Part shown: piece by piece, positions 18,570 to 29,255 of the stretch
How the letters are laid out: every line of letters starts with the position of its first letter
Numbering within the stretch: position 1 is the stretch's first letter
Origin: Candidatus Hydrogenedentota bacterium
Lineage (GTDB): Bacteria > Hydrogenedentota > Hydrogenedentia > Hydrogenedentales > SLHB01
NCBI GenBank assembly: GCA_963674865.2
Contig: CAXXYE010000004.1
Coordinates: 448,001-512,000 of the forward strand
Direction: 5' to 3'
Length of the DNA: 64,000 bases
Position numbers and translations under genes: made by a program
Notes under the pieces: model-generated
Seen by the model: the letters and a program-made list of their open reading frames with translations, nothing else
Database searches by the model: none
Told to the model about the DNA's origin: nothing

Positions 18570-18786
18570 GCCTCGACGTGCCTCCATTGGCTGGCAATTC
18601 GTTGTATGCGGGACGGCCGCTAAGTGCCCGTTATCATAGCATATGGGCCCCCAGTGCGAAGGGCTCGTCGATGCCTCACGTGAAATTCCTGCTTCGATGG
18701 CTTCATGGCGATTGTGGGGGAAACGTACCGCATGCTACCATGGCCTGGGACGGGCCAAGGGGGCCGTCAAGGCGCGGAGAAGGACC

Positions 18787-19896
18787 ATGAACAGACTGAC
18801 AGTGATAGGTTGTGTCGTGCTGCTGGTTGGCGCGGGCTGCGCCACTACTCCGAAGGAAGGCGCCAAGACGCTGGGCGATGCGGCCTCGCCGGCCTGGTCG
18901 CTCGACGCCGCGCATGAGGGCATGAAGGTGGCCGTCTCGCCCGCGGGGAAGACGCTGCGCATTGCCGGTTCCTACGGCACCGTTATCGGCGCGGGCGTTG
19001 ACGCCGTGGCGAACGCGCGATACCGCGAAGCCCTTCACGACGCGCTCGACGACTATGACGCGGCGGGGATATTCGAGGCGCGGCTGAAGGCGCGCCTGGA
19101 GGAGGCGTCGTCCAACATGACGCAGGTGGCGCCATTGGGAACGGCGGCGGGCCTGCGCAGCCTGCACGAGGCGGCGGAACTCCGCTACGAGTCTCTAGCC
19201 GAGAGCGGGAGGGACATGGTGCTCGACCTCACCATGACTTACGGCATCTTTGGGCCGCAGGGCGTCTTGGTGGCCAAGCTGGACGGAAAGCTCGCCGATG
19301 TGCCACGCGGGCGTCGGCTATGGCATGGCACCGTCCTGGCGTCTACGAACGCAATCCTGGCCAGCGACAGACTCGCCGATCCCACCAACCGGATCAGCCC
19401 GAATTGGTCGTCGCCGCGGCTCAAGGCGGATGAAGAGGCCATCGCCCAGTGGACAGGGGACGGCGGCGGGACGATTCGGCGGCGTTTCGAGACGGCCGTG
19501 AATGGGGTGGTTTCGGCGCTGTTATGCGAGCTGGGCCTGGCCGAAGAAGCGGAAGGGGAGTATTACCTCGGCAAGCTGGCGATGAATAAGAAGGACTTTG
19601 AGGGTGCGCTGACGCATTTCCGAAAGGCTGTCGCGCTCGCGCCGGACTCGCTTGACGCGGAAAACGGCTTGGCCGTTACGCTTGGACACATGAAGAAGGT
19701 CGACGAGGCCATCGCCACGGCGCGTGCCGTGGCGGATCGGGCGCCGGACTACGGCCCCGCCTGGTACAACCTCGCCTGGTGGTACGCTACAGAGAAGGCC
19801 GACACCGCCACAGCGAAAACATGCTACGAGAAGGCTCAGGCCCTCGGCATCGCTCCGGAGGAGCGCCTCGAGAAGGCGCTCCAGGGGAAGAAGTAG
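18787..19896 (+). CDS. TPR-containing lipoprotein
   Basis: Signal peptide ending VGAGC; C-terminal TPRs (YYLGKLAM..A..HFRKAVALAP; AWYNLAW). Confidence 0.8.
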   Translation: MNRLTVIGCVVLLVGAGCATTPKEGAKTLGDAASPAWSLDAAHEGMKVAVSPAGKTLRIAGSYGTVIGAGVDAVANARYREALHDALDDYDAAGIFEARLKARLEEASSNMTQVAPLGTAAGLRSLHEAAELRYESLAESGRDMVLDLTMTYGIFGPQGVLVAKLDGKLADVPRGRRLWHGTVLASTNAILASDRLADPTNRISPNWSSPRLKADEEAIAQWTGDGGGTIRRRFETAVNGVVSALLCELGLAEEAEGEYYLGKLAMNKKDFEGALTHFRKAVALAPDSLDAENGLAVTLGHMKKVDEAIATARAVADRAPDYGPAWYNLAWWYATEKADTATAKTCYEKAQALGIAPEERLEKALQGKK

Positions 19897-19961
19897 GCCG
19901 CGTCGTTCTGAGACATCGCGCGTGGGCCAAGGACGATGGCTGGCGTGTTCTGCGCAATCGG

Positions 19962-22655
19962 CTATGGTTGCTCAGAGGCACGCGGCTCCAGGACGACTTC
20001 GCCGAGATCGATTAGCTCGCCGGGAACGCCCGTCACCGATTCAAAGGTTACCGGCTCGTAGGCATCGCCCCGGTGAAGACGCAGTATGATTGGCCGCGCG
20101 CGAAGGCAGTCGGCCTTCTCGAAGAGTCCCTGCTCGTCCGTCCGCACGTTGACGACCTCGTATGCTCCGTCGTCATACTCGACTTCAATCGAGAGCGAGG
20201 TGCGTGAGAAAGCGGTGCCATCCGGACGCAGCAAGACTCCGGTGAGTCCGCACAAGTCGTCGAGAACGAACGTCTCCTCTGGAAGCACATCGCCGAGGGA
20301 AGCGGAAAAGTGCCGACTCGTGGTTACGGGTGAGTCCGCAGTGGGTGGGAACGGCTTAAGTTCCAGCCAGAATTCGGTAACAGGCCAGTAGACAAGGAAC
20401 ACCGTCCGTCCATCGTCGTCCAACCGACGGGGCGATCCGAATGCCTTCTTCTCTCCGTCTAGTGTAACGACCCTCAGTGTTGTCTGGACACTCTCAACCG
20501 CCTCTCCTCGCGAGTTGACAACGCGAACGGGGAGGGATATTGGCTCAAATACCTTCAGTTCAGGATCAACACTCTCGCCGCCCCGGAGTGTGATTCGCTT
20601 TCCGAACCGGGAGATGTACTCCTGGCTATAGCCGGCATCAAGGGTGTGGAAAGGGCCGGCAAACACATCATATCTGCCGGGCCCAGTGCCAAGCTCGATC
20701 TTGAACTCGCCATTCTTATCGGTTTCCCGTCCAAAGCCATGGAGAGTGTGCTGTCCGTCTTTCAGGACGTGAATCCAAACGCCCGGCGCAGGACTGCCGG
20801 TCTTCTGAGTGCGCACAACGCCTTGAAAGGTGATGGTGCCGGAAATGACCGCATTCCATACGGTGACTTCGCCCGGCTTGAACTCAAGGCGCTTGTTGAT
20901 CGCGGTGAGGGGCGCCTTCTTGAGTGGATTATCCGCGTCCTTCTGAACGATGTTTCCGCGGTACTCGAGGGCAGGCATGATGCCTGCTATCTCATAATTG
21001 CCTTCGGCGTCGACCTCAGCTTCAAAGCCGGCTTCAGGCCTCCCGCCCGAGTACTGCGTGGACATTTGCGGTTCAGGAAGACTTCCGCACACCGAGACAA
21101 CAACGCCCTGCGCGGGACGGCCGCCCTGCCATGTCACCCTGCCGCGCAGTGTGGCCGTAGACTGCATCCTGAGTTGAGCATTCTTCTCGGATGTAGAAAG
21201 GTTGACGAAGAAGGACTGGCCATATTCCGCCGAACTGACGCGCAGTGTGCACCAGTCGGCGTCGAGTCCGAAGAAGAGGGTAAACCGGCCCGCGGCGTCG
21301 GTTAGGGTGTATCCCCGACTTCGGGTATAGCCTCTTCTGTTCCAGGCATGCTGAGTTACCACCAGGGCGTTCGCTACGGGTACCCCTCCAGCCGAGAGCA
21401 CGCGCCCCGAAAGCGCCTTGCCTGGTACAAGTTCTAGATCAACGCCCTTGGTGTCCTGGCCGAAAGCAAGTGAGACGGTCTTTGAGTACTTGCACGCCCA
21501 GTCTCTATGCGCAGCGCTCGCGAGAGCGCTACCGTCAAATGGAATCGCCGCGAAGTGGTACTCGCCGCGTTCGTCGGACGTGGTCCTCATCGCACTTGCG
21601 GGCCGCACGTAGCCCGCATCGAGCGAGAACGCCGTGTCAATCTCGGCGGTGTCGACGAGCAACACGTCCGCATCGGCCACAGGGCGGCCCTGATCATCTT
21701 TGACGGTTCCACTGAGGGTTGCGAAGCCGCCCTCCGCGAGCGGCTCCTCAGCCTCGTCACTCGCCATGGGCTCCGATGGTACGTCTGCCGTGGGAGGAGC
21801 CACCGATTCCGGCGCAGCGGGCGAGGTCGCATCTGAGGATGTCTGCGTCACAGACGCCACTTGGGCCGTGTAGGCCGGTTCTGGCTGCGGATCCTCTGAA
21901 TGCCAGAGGACAAGCCCGCCGCTCAGGGCGGCAAGACTGCACGCGGCGAGGACGCCGACGATGACAGGGCCCCACATCGCGCCCGTGCCCACGGCCGCCG
22001 CGAGAACTCCTCCAGTCGAGGGGCCGGCAAGGGCGAGTTTGCCTATGGAACGGGCAAGGCGTGAGGGGAGCGGCACGGCTTCCGCGAGATGGGCGCTCAT
22101 TGCCGTGCCGAGAGCACCGGCGGAGACAAGCATGCCGCGGCGCCTAAGGGTCTTCCGCACTTGCTCGATGCCGCGCTGCACGCGCCGTGTCACAGCGGAT
22201 CGAGAAACGCCTTCTTGCTGGGCAATGGCCTCGTGCGTCTGATCTTCGATGAAGTGGGCGACGATCGCGACGCGAAGCTTTTCGGGGAGTTCCGCAATGG
22301 CCTGATCGACGTGTTTGTAGATGTCGTCCCACACCGGCTCTAGGGCCGCATCCCCCTCCTTCGCGAATTCCTCCTCGCGGCGTCTTCGACGCTCGCCGGA
22401 CTTGAGGTGATCGAGGGCTCGGTTGGTCGCGACTCTATGGAGCCAAGGGCCGAAGGGCCCTTTGGGCCCTCGGGCCTGGCGCGCCAACGTCTCGAAACAG
22501 TCCTGGGCCGCATCTTCGGCGTCCGCGGCGTTACGAAGAATGCGGAGGCAGGTGGCGTACACCATGCCCGCGTACTTGTGACATAGCGTTTTGAATGCTT
22601 CGGCGTCGTGGCCGCGCGTCCACTTGTTGAATAAAACGTAGTCTGCACCGCTCAT
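19962..22655 (-). CDS. ECF sigma factor with TM segment and carboxypeptidase-regulatory-like beta-sandwich repeats
   Basis: DAEDAAQDCF..WLHRVATNRA; LPEKLRVAIVAHF..THEAIA; TM VIVGVLAACSLAALSGGLVLW; repeats LSGTVKDDQGRPVADADV, LSGRVLSAGGVPVANALV, LRGRVTWQGGRPAQGV. Confidence 0.88.
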   Translation of the reverse strand: MSGADYVLFNKWTRGHDAEAFKTLCHKYAGMVYATCLRILRNAADAEDAAQDCFETLARQARGPKGPFGPWLHRVATNRALDHLKSGERRRRREEEFAKEGDAALEPVWDDIYKHVDQAIAELPEKLRVAIVAHFIEDQTHEAIAQQEGVSRSAVTRRVQRGIEQVRKTLRRRGMLVSAGALGTAMSAHLAEAVPLPSRLARSIGKLALAGPSTGGVLAAAVGTGAMWGPVIVGVLAACSLAALSGGLVLWHSEDPQPEPAYTAQVASVTQTSSDATSPAAPESVAPPTADVPSEPMASDEAEEPLAEGGFATLSGTVKDDQGRPVADADVLLVDTAEIDTAFSLDAGYVRPASAMRTTSDERGEYHFAAIPFDGSALASAAHRDWACKYSKTVSLAFGQDTKGVDLELVPGKALSGRVLSAGGVPVANALVVTQHAWNRRGYTRSRGYTLTDAAGRFTLFFGLDADWCTLRVSSAEYGQSFFVNLSTSEKNAQLRMQSTATLRGRVTWQGGRPAQGVVVSVCGSLPEPQMSTQYSGGRPEAGFEAEVDAEGNYEIAGIMPALEYRGNIVQKDADNPLKKAPLTAINKRLEFKPGEVTVWNAVISGTITFQGVVRTQKTGSPAPGVWIHVLKDGQHTLHGFGRETDKNGEFKIELGTGPGRYDVFAGPFHTLDAGYSQEYISRFGKRITLRGGESVDPELKVFEPISLPVRVVNSRGEAVESVQTTLRVVTLDGEKKAFGSPRRLDDDGRTVFLVYWPVTEFWLELKPFPPTADSPVTTSRHFSASLGDVLPEETFVLDDLCGLTGVLLRPDGTAFSRTSLSIEVEYDDGAYEVVNVRTDEQGLFEKADCLRARPIILRLHRGDAYEPVTFESVTGVPGELIDLGEVVLEPRASEQP

Positions 22656-22808
22656 GAGAATATGTCCCCGTGTTCGCTTCTGTCTGCGAAGTCCATCTTC
22701 GCATATATCACGACACGGCGGGCAGAATGGTGCAGATCCTCATGACAGACCACCCTTACGTTCGGCGCGCGCCAGTTCAGCCTCTTGCCGATGGCGGCGG
22801 TATTGAGC

Positions 22809-23336
22809 CTACTCCTCCGGCTCGTCCTCGAACTCATCTTCCTTGTCATCGGCCTTGGACGCCTCGTCCGTCTGGCGGTGCTCCCCAATGGCCCTGGGCC
22901 GGGCTCTGCGGCCTTGGCCGGCCTCGGAAGGCCGCGGAATCCCATTCACGGTGGCCTCGCGCATGTCAAACCACGGCTGTATCTTCCCCGAGGCATCCTC
23001 GCCAAGGGCTGCCTTGGCCTCACGAACCAACGTCTCGCCCAACTCGCGGAACGTGGCCCAGGATGGGCTGTCCTTGCCCGTTGCGATCTTCCCTATCAGG
23101 GCTTCTCGCTCATCGTAGCCCTTCTGACAGACTGGGCGCAGTTTCTCCAGCGTAGGGGCGTCCAGTTTGGCCTTGAATGTCGCATAGCCCCACAGGCCTT
23201 CGACATCGCACAACAGCCTCGGGATGCCTCCCGGGTTCCTGGGCACCCTGGTAGGACGCTGGGCCGTGGCAGGAGGCAGAAGTGTCACCAAAACAAACAG
23301 AACGAGCACGACCGCAAGCATTGTCTTCTTGAACAT
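22809..23336 (-). CDS. Hypothetical secreted protein
   Basis: GGAGG RBS, signal peptide MFKKTMLAVVLVLFVLVTLLPPATA, acidic tail. Confidence 0.7.
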   Translation of the reverse strand: MFKKTMLAVVLVLFVLVTLLPPATAQRPTRVPRNPGGIPRLLCDVEGLWGYATFKAKLDAPTLEKLRPVCQKGYDEREALIGKIATGKDSPSWATFRELGETLVREAKAALGEDASGKIQPWFDMREATVNGIPRPSEAGQGRRARPRAIGEHRQTDEASKADDKEDEFEDEPEE

Positions 23337-23443
23337 GATGAGTCCTCCCGGTTGAGTCGTCGCTTCATCGGCGTTCCGGCTCTCCGCAAGCCAATGTCCG
23401 CTAGTCGGAGAATGGCTGCCCAAGCCCCCGGCACGCCGGCTAC

Positions 23444-23995
23444 CTAGGCCAAGCGGGCGCCAATCTGGCGCGCCTCGTTGAGGCGATCCGCCTTTTTCAC
23501 GATCTCGCCTTTCTGCGTGACGCCGGGCACGAGAATCTTCGCCACGAGGTCCATTTCGAGGTATTCGAGCGATTTCTCGAAGAAAGCCACCAAGGGGTCC
23601 GCCGCGTGACGATCCTGTTCCTCGAAGGGGACGGCGATCACCGCCGATTTCCCCTTGACCTTCGGCCGGTTCTGCGGGCAGTTGAAGTACACGAACCGAT
23701 CGATGAAAGCCTTCATGAGTGCGGTGGGTCCATACCAATACACCGGCGTGCCGAAGACGACGGCGTCGCTCTCCGCGATCCGCGGGTAAAGCTCGTGCAT
23801 ATCGTCGTGCTTGGCGCAGCCTTTGCCATGCCAGCAGACGTGGCACCCATCGCATTCGCGGATACTCAGGCCATTCAGCAGGAGGAGGTCCGTCGCCACG
23901 CCGTGTTCCTCGGCGCCCTCGAGGATCTTTGAGACGAGGATATGTGTATTGCCGTTCAGGCGCGGACTGCCGACCACCCCCAGTACCTTCTTCAT
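23444..23995 (-). CDS. Flavodoxin-like NADPH-dependent FMN reductase / iron-sulfur flavoprotein
   Basis: GSPRLNGNT, CDGCHVC..C, GTPVYWY, MKAFIDR. Confidence 0.9.
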   Translation of the reverse strand: MKKVLGVVGSPRLNGNTHILVSKILEGAEEHGVATDLLLLNGLSIRECDGCHVCWHGKGCAKHDDMHELYPRIAESDAVVFGTPVYWYGPTALMKAFIDRFVYFNCPQNRPKVKGKSAVIAVPFEEQDRHAADPLVAFFEKSLEYLEMDLVAKILVPGVTQKGEIVKKADRLNEARQIGARLA

Positions 23996-24231
23996 CGCTC
24001 GACCCCTCTGTGATTTGCAGGAAGGGGCACACGCCCGCCTCTGACAAACGGCACCCCTCGCGGTTTGGCCCGTGCGAGTGTCTAACACCCCTCCATTCGC
24101 ACAGTGTTCCCGCCTTCCAGAGTGCATACGGCCGTGAAATGGGCCAGGGCCACACCTCACGCCGCTACCGAAACCATTATGCCATATTCGGGCCTTGGAG
24201 TCAGTTGAAAGAATAACGGGGGAAAATGAGG

Positions 24232-26439
24232 CTATCTCCGCCGCTTGAAGCGGCGCGTGAGGATACTGATAAGGCCGTATAGAACGATAACGGCCGCACC
24301 GCATGAGACGTACAGGCCAAGGCGAACGGATAGGGGCTTGTAGGTGAACACCACGTCATGGGCGCCGGCCGGGACACGGACACGGCGGAAGAAGTCCTCT
24401 TCCGGCTCGACGGGCACCCGCTCGCCGCCCACCGTGGCCACCCAGCCAGGATACCACGCATCGGCGAGAACCAGGCCGGCATTCTGAGGGGACTCGACGT
24501 GCACGACGACTTCATTGTTGCGCTCCTGAGTCACCATCGACACGGAGGGTTCGTCCTGTCCCGGCGCATCGCCTTCGAGCTTCAGCCAAGCGCGCGGTTT
24601 GGCCTCGAGATCGTCGAAGAGCACCGCTCCTGAGGGAAAGACGCGGCGTATGCGCAAGAGAGGGCGCACGGGGGCAAAGGTAGTCTGAATATCCTGCTTG
24701 GTTAGGAGGAGCGCGCCACAGCCCGCGCGGCGCAAGAGAAGGGGCTCCTTCTCAAGACGCTTCACGAAAGCCTCATGACGTGTCAGGCCAACGCCGCTGG
24801 GAGCGTGAAGTTGCGGGATGAGGTTGCCGCTGAGAGGCCATTGTCTGAGAGTGGCGGTACCACCAGCACGCGTGCCCGTTGCTTTGAGGGACGCGATGAA
24901 ATCCGTCTCGGGAAAGAGCAGTTCCGTGGGTGTGTATATCACAGCCGGATGAAAAGCCAGGAACAGATCGACCACCATAATGCCGCAAAGCAGATAGCCG
25001 ATGAGCCGGGGAGACGGCCGGAACGCCGTGGTCGCCAGCAGAATCACAAAGGCTGCGGCGAGGCCGGCCATCAAGGCGGCCTGGGCCGTTGACGAGGGTA
25101 CATGATCGTTGCCGTTGTGGCGTAACGTCACGAGCAATATGAGCGCCGCCAGGAGGACGGCAGGTATGGCGATGGTGAGTCGGAGGATGGCGCTATGGCA
25201 TTCTTCGGGGTCGAGTTCCACCCATTCCAAGGCCGCGCCCGCGGCGAGAAGAGCGAAAAGAAACGCGTTGCCCACCAGGAAATGTTGCGGCTGGAGTCGC
25301 CCCACAACCGGGACGCCACCTAGCAGGCGCGGCCACACGAAAGCCAGGCAGGTCATGACGCCGGCCGTGGCCGCAATGGCGTCGATGCGCGCGCGTTGGG
25401 CCTTGTCCGCAAAGCCGCGGACGGCGAGCCAGAGCGGCACCGCAAGGATAGGCGCCAGCCCAACGTACAGAAGCCTCGGCAGCAAGACGCTCATCTGAAC
25501 GCCATCGCGGATCATTAGGCCGGGCCCTCTCCCCAAGAAAAAGGGGAATAGGGCGTTCATCAGATCGGCCACGTGCAGAATGTTTGGCTGTGGCCCCGGG
25601 CCAGTTCGTACGGACTCCCGCCACAGTTCGATAAAGGGCAGAATCTGAACCGCCGCGAGGCTCACACCGAATCCGAGTCCCGCGGCCAAGGCAACCAGTG
25701 AAGGCATCCGGACCTCAGGCTGTTTTCTTGCGAGCAAGACACGGGAGAACGTGAATACAAACACAAGGAGCACGGCGCCGCCCGTGGCCTCGGGATCGCC
25801 GCCAAGGAACATCAGGCCCAAGGCCGCCGCCCCTAAGGGCCAATACCTGGCATGGCCCAGGACAAGGCGCTCGGAGAAGAGAAACAGAAACGGAAGCCAC
25901 ACCACCGTGTCGGATATCGGCCAAGACGAGCGCATGAACACCACGCCGCTCAACTCGAAGGCGGCCCCCACCATCAGCGCCAAGGGCACACGGAATCCGA
26001 GCCTGCGAGCTGCGTAGAAGGCGGCCCAGCCGGCAATGACCAACTTCAGGATGGAGGACAACTTGAGGGCGGCCGTCACCGGCAGGAAGTAGAAGGGGAG
26101 TGAGAAAGGAGACAGGCATCGGGAACGCCATATGGCCAAGAACGGGACGCCACATCCCTCGTACGGATTCCAGAGGGGCCAATCCTGGCGTGCGGCGGAA
26201 TCACTTAGGAAGGCGTACCAGGGGTAGTAGGCCTCCGCCATCGCATGGAGGGCCGGGTTACTCGGCCCTTCGAGCCCGGCGGGTCTGGCCTCCTCCCATG
26301 GCGGCGCGAAAAGGACGCTATCGGTGGCGATGGGGGCCTTGTCGTAAAGCAGCACGGGATAAGAGACAAGCAAGGCGAGAAAGGCCAAGAGGGCCAGGGC
26401 CAGCAAGTTCTCCCCGGCCTTTCGGTATCTGCCGCGCAC
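24232..26439 (-). CDS. YfhO-family polytopic membrane protein (GT-C-like)
   Basis: WPLWNPYEGCGVPFLA, many TM helices, C-terminal LVLADAWYPGWVATVGG..VPAGAHDVVFTYKP. Confidence 0.8.
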   Translation of the reverse strand: MRGRYRKAGENLLALALLAFLALLVSYPVLLYDKAPIATDSVLFAPPWEEARPAGLEGPSNPALHAMAEAYYPWYAFLSDSAARQDWPLWNPYEGCGVPFLAIWRSRCLSPFSLPFYFLPVTAALKLSSILKLVIAGWAAFYAARRLGFRVPLALMVGAAFELSGVVFMRSSWPISDTVVWLPFLFLFSERLVLGHARYWPLGAAALGLMFLGGDPEATGGAVLLVFVFTFSRVLLARKQPEVRMPSLVALAAGLGFGVSLAAVQILPFIELWRESVRTGPGPQPNILHVADLMNALFPFFLGRGPGLMIRDGVQMSVLLPRLLYVGLAPILAVPLWLAVRGFADKAQRARIDAIAATAGVMTCLAFVWPRLLGGVPVVGRLQPQHFLVGNAFLFALLAAGAALEWVELDPEECHSAILRLTIAIPAVLLAALILLVTLRHNGNDHVPSSTAQAALMAGLAAAFVILLATTAFRPSPRLIGYLLCGIMVVDLFLAFHPAVIYTPTELLFPETDFIASLKATGTRAGGTATLRQWPLSGNLIPQLHAPSGVGLTRHEAFVKRLEKEPLLLRRAGCGALLLTKQDIQTTFAPVRPLLRIRRVFPSGAVLFDDLEAKPRAWLKLEGDAPGQDEPSVSMVTQERNNEVVVHVESPQNAGLVLADAWYPGWVATVGGERVPVEPEEDFFRRVRVPAGAHDVVFTYKPLSVRLGLYVSCGAAVIVLYGLISILTRRFKRRR

Positions 26440-26513
26440 CTCTCAGCCGCCCATGCACCGTGGACGGCCGGCGCAAGCGTTGCCTGCAAAGGCGCCTATT
26501 GCATCTGAGCAGG

Positions 26514-27905
26514 TCATTTCTTGGGAGGCATTGTGTGAATGCCCACGCCCAAATAGTCTTCCGCGGCTTCCATCATGGCTTCTGCAAGCGTCGGGTGCGT
26601 GTGAATCGTGTGGGCAATGTCCGCCACCGTGGCCTCCATAGTCATGGCCAGGGCGGCGGAAGCGATTAATTCACCCGCTTCGGCTCCCATAATATGGACG
26701 CCCACGACTTCGCCCGTGCCGGCGTCGCCGATGATCTTCACCAGGCCGTCCGTGTGCCCCATAGCCAAGGCGCGGCCGCTTGCCGTAAGGGGAAACCTAC
26801 CAGTTTTGACGTCCACACCCGCTTCGCGGGCCTGTTTCTCCGTCAGGCCGACATGGGCCACTTCAGGCGAGGTGAAATTGCAGGCCGGCACCACCCGGTA
26901 GTCCATGGCCCTCTTGCCGCCCGTGGCGTTGGTGGCGGCCACGAGCCCCTCGGCCGAGGCCCCGTGGGCGAGGAGAGTCTTGCCCACAACGTCGCCAATG
27001 GCATAGATCCCGGGGACGTTGGTTTCCATGTGCCTATCGACCAAGATCTCGCCCTTCGGGCCGAGTTTGACGCCTAGTGAAGGCGTCTTGGCCACCACAT
27101 CGGAGTGGAATGTCCGGCCAATGCCGACGAGAACAACATCCGCCTCGACGGCGCCTTTCTTGGCTCCGTCAAGTTCGACGTGGACGCCTTTCTTATCGGC
27201 ATCCACCTTCTTGACGGACGTCTTGGTGCGTACGTCAATGCCTCGCTTCTTGAAGATGGCGCCCAGCCGCTTGGTGAGTTCCTCATCCTCGAGGGGCAAC
27301 ACCGTATCCAGCATCTCGACGAGCGTCACTTGCGCGCCGAAGGCATTCCAAATGCACGCGAACTCGGCCCCCAGCGCCCCGGCCCCAATGACGACGACGC
27401 GTTTGGGCACATAGACAAGGTCGAGGGCCTCTGTGCTGGTAATGATCGTCTTACCGTTTGTCTCCATTCCGGGAAGTTGGCCAGGGCCGCTCCCCGTGGC
27501 AACGATCACGGCTTTGGCGGTAATTGTCTGCTCGCCCACGGTAACCTTGCCGGGGGCCGCGACTTGGGCATGGCCTTTGATGACCTCGATCTTGTGGGCT
27601 TTGAGGAGGCCGGCGACTCCCGACTTGAGCTTCTTCACGACCTCGTTTTTCCGCGCGATCAGGGCGGGCATCTTCACCTTGGGATCTTTGACTTCGATGC
27701 CGTAGGCCGCGGCCTGCTGCATCTCGCTGTAGAGTCCAGCCGAATAGATGAGCGTTTTGGTCGGGATACAGCCCCAATTTAGGCAGACGCCCCCGAGTTC
27801 CTCGCGTTCCACAACGACTACTCGAGCGCCCAGTTGGGCGGCGCGAATGGCGGCCACGTATCCGCCGGGCCCGGAGCCGATTACGACAACATCACAACTT
27901 CGCAT
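26514..27905 (-). CDS. lpdA: Dihydrolipoyl dehydrogenase (E3)
   Basis: GSGPGGYVAAIRAAQLG, GGVCLNWGCIPTK, HTHPTLAE. Confidence 0.96.
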   Translation of the reverse strand: MRSCDVVVIGSGPGGYVAAIRAAQLGARVVVVEREELGGVCLNWGCIPTKTLIYSAGLYSEMQQAAAYGIEVKDPKVKMPALIARKNEVVKKLKSGVAGLLKAHKIEVIKGHAQVAAPGKVTVGEQTITAKAVIVATGSGPGQLPGMETNGKTIITSTEALDLVYVPKRVVVIGAGALGAEFACIWNAFGAQVTLVEMLDTVLPLEDEELTKRLGAIFKKRGIDVRTKTSVKKVDADKKGVHVELDGAKKGAVEADVVLVGIGRTFHSDVVAKTPSLGVKLGPKGEILVDRHMETNVPGIYAIGDVVGKTLLAHGASAEGLVAATNATGGKRAMDYRVVPACNFTSPEVAHVGLTEKQAREAGVDVKTGRFPLTASGRALAMGHTDGLVKIIGDAGTGEVVGVHIMGAEAGELIASAALAMTMEATVADIAHTIHTHPTLAEAMMEAAEDYLGVGIHTMPPKK

Positions 27906-27926
27906 CGTAAACTCCTCACAAGTGAA

Positions 27927-29237
27927 TCAGAAGGCCGCTTTCTCGAGAATATCCCTGACGCGGCCAAGAAACTGCGCGGCGACCGCACCATCGATGACGC
28001 GGTGGTCGCTGGATAGAGTCATGTTCATCATCGGGCGAATCTGGATGCCGCCGTTAATGACAACGGGCTTGTCCTTGATGCGGCCGATAGCAAGGATGGC
28101 ACTGTCGGGCGGATTGATAATCGCCGTGAAAAGATCGACGCCGAAGACACCCATATTCGAGACGGTGAACGTGTTGCCCGAATAGTCATCGGGAAGGAGG
28201 CCGCCGTCCCGTGCCTTCCCGAGAAGCAGCTTTGAGGCCTGATCAAACTGCTCGAGCGTCATACGCTGCACCTGCCTGATAACGGGAACGACGAGGCCAT
28301 CGGGGACGGCGACGGCGAAGCCAAGGTTGATATCGCCCACGTGTTCGATGGCGTCGCCGGCCCACCGCGCGTTCACGCCGGGGAAGTCCCTGAGAGCCAA
28401 CGCCGCGGCCCACATGATCAGGACGTTATGGGAAGGCCGGAAGTTGGCAAAGGTGGTCCGGGACTTCTTAGCTGCCGTCATGTCTACCTCGACGCTGACG
28501 TAATAGTGCGGGGCCGAAAAGGCGCTTTCCGCCATGCGCTTGGCAATAATGCGGCGCATGGGGGTCAGTGGCACGTGCTCGACATCGCCGGCTGGCGCCG
28601 CGGCGGTTGGCTTGGCCCCCGCAACGTCCTCCTTGGTGATCTTCCCGCCGGCGCCGGTGCCCTTGAGCGTGGTGACATCAATGCCTCGCTCGCGTGCCAG
28701 GACCTTGGCTACCGGGGTGATCTTGAGGGGCGCCGCCTTTTCCGCGCGAGCGAGCACGTCCTCTTCGGTGACTCTGCCATTGGGCCCGGTGCCGACAACA
28801 AAGGCGAGGTCAATGTCGAGTTCCTCCGCCCGGGCGCGAGCACGGGGGGAGACGCCCCGCTCCGACGGGATGGCGGCGGGGGGCGAGGGCGCCGGGGCCT
28901 CGGAGGCTTCGGGAGCCGTCTCAACCGGGGCGGTTGCGGACTCTTCGTCTGCTGCCCGCTGAGTTGTGCCCTGATACTGCGCCAGATCGGGGAGGGGCTC
29001 ATCGGCGTCACCGACAAGGGCGACAACCGTGAGGACGGGCACGGTAACATCAGGTTCCAGCAAGATCTTACGAAGAATCCCGGCGGCCGTGGACTCGCAC
29101 TCGATCTCCGCCTTGTCCGTCTGGATCGAAAAGAGTGGCTCGCCCTGCTTGACCTCGTCCCCTTCCTGCTTCAGCCATTCGACAATGGCGGCCTCTTCAA
29201 CCGACTGGCCGAGCTGCGGCATTTTGATCTCGTGCAT
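27927..29237 (-). CDS. Dihydrolipoamide acyltransferase (E2) of a 2-oxoacid dehydrogenase complex
   Basis: Lipoyl domain IQTDKA, two E3-binding repeats, catalytic DHRVIDGA. Confidence 0.93.
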   Translation of the reverse strand: MHEIKMPQLGQSVEEAAIVEWLKQEGDEVKQGEPLFSIQTDKAEIECESTAAGILRKILLEPDVTVPVLTVVALVGDADEPLPDLAQYQGTTQRAADEESATAPVETAPEASEAPAPSPPAAIPSERGVSPRARARAEELDIDLAFVVGTGPNGRVTEEDVLARAEKAAPLKITPVAKVLARERGIDVTTLKGTGAGGKITKEDVAGAKPTAAAPAGDVEHVPLTPMRRIIAKRMAESAFSAPHYYVSVEVDMTAAKKSRTTFANFRPSHNVLIMWAAALALRDFPGVNARWAGDAIEHVGDINLGFAVAVPDGLVVPVIRQVQRMTLEQFDQASKLLLGKARDGGLLPDDYSGNTFTVSNMGVFGVDLFTAIINPPDSAILAIGRIKDKPVVINGGIQIRPMMNMTLSSDHRVIDGAVAAQFLGRVRDILEKAAF

Positions 29238-29255
29238 GCTTCTTCCCTATTGGCT

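Noticed and set aside
22809..24155. 448-aa ORF as one protein
   Set aside because: The 5' part overlaps the flavoprotein in another frame; the credible start is ATG 23336 with RBS and signal peptide.
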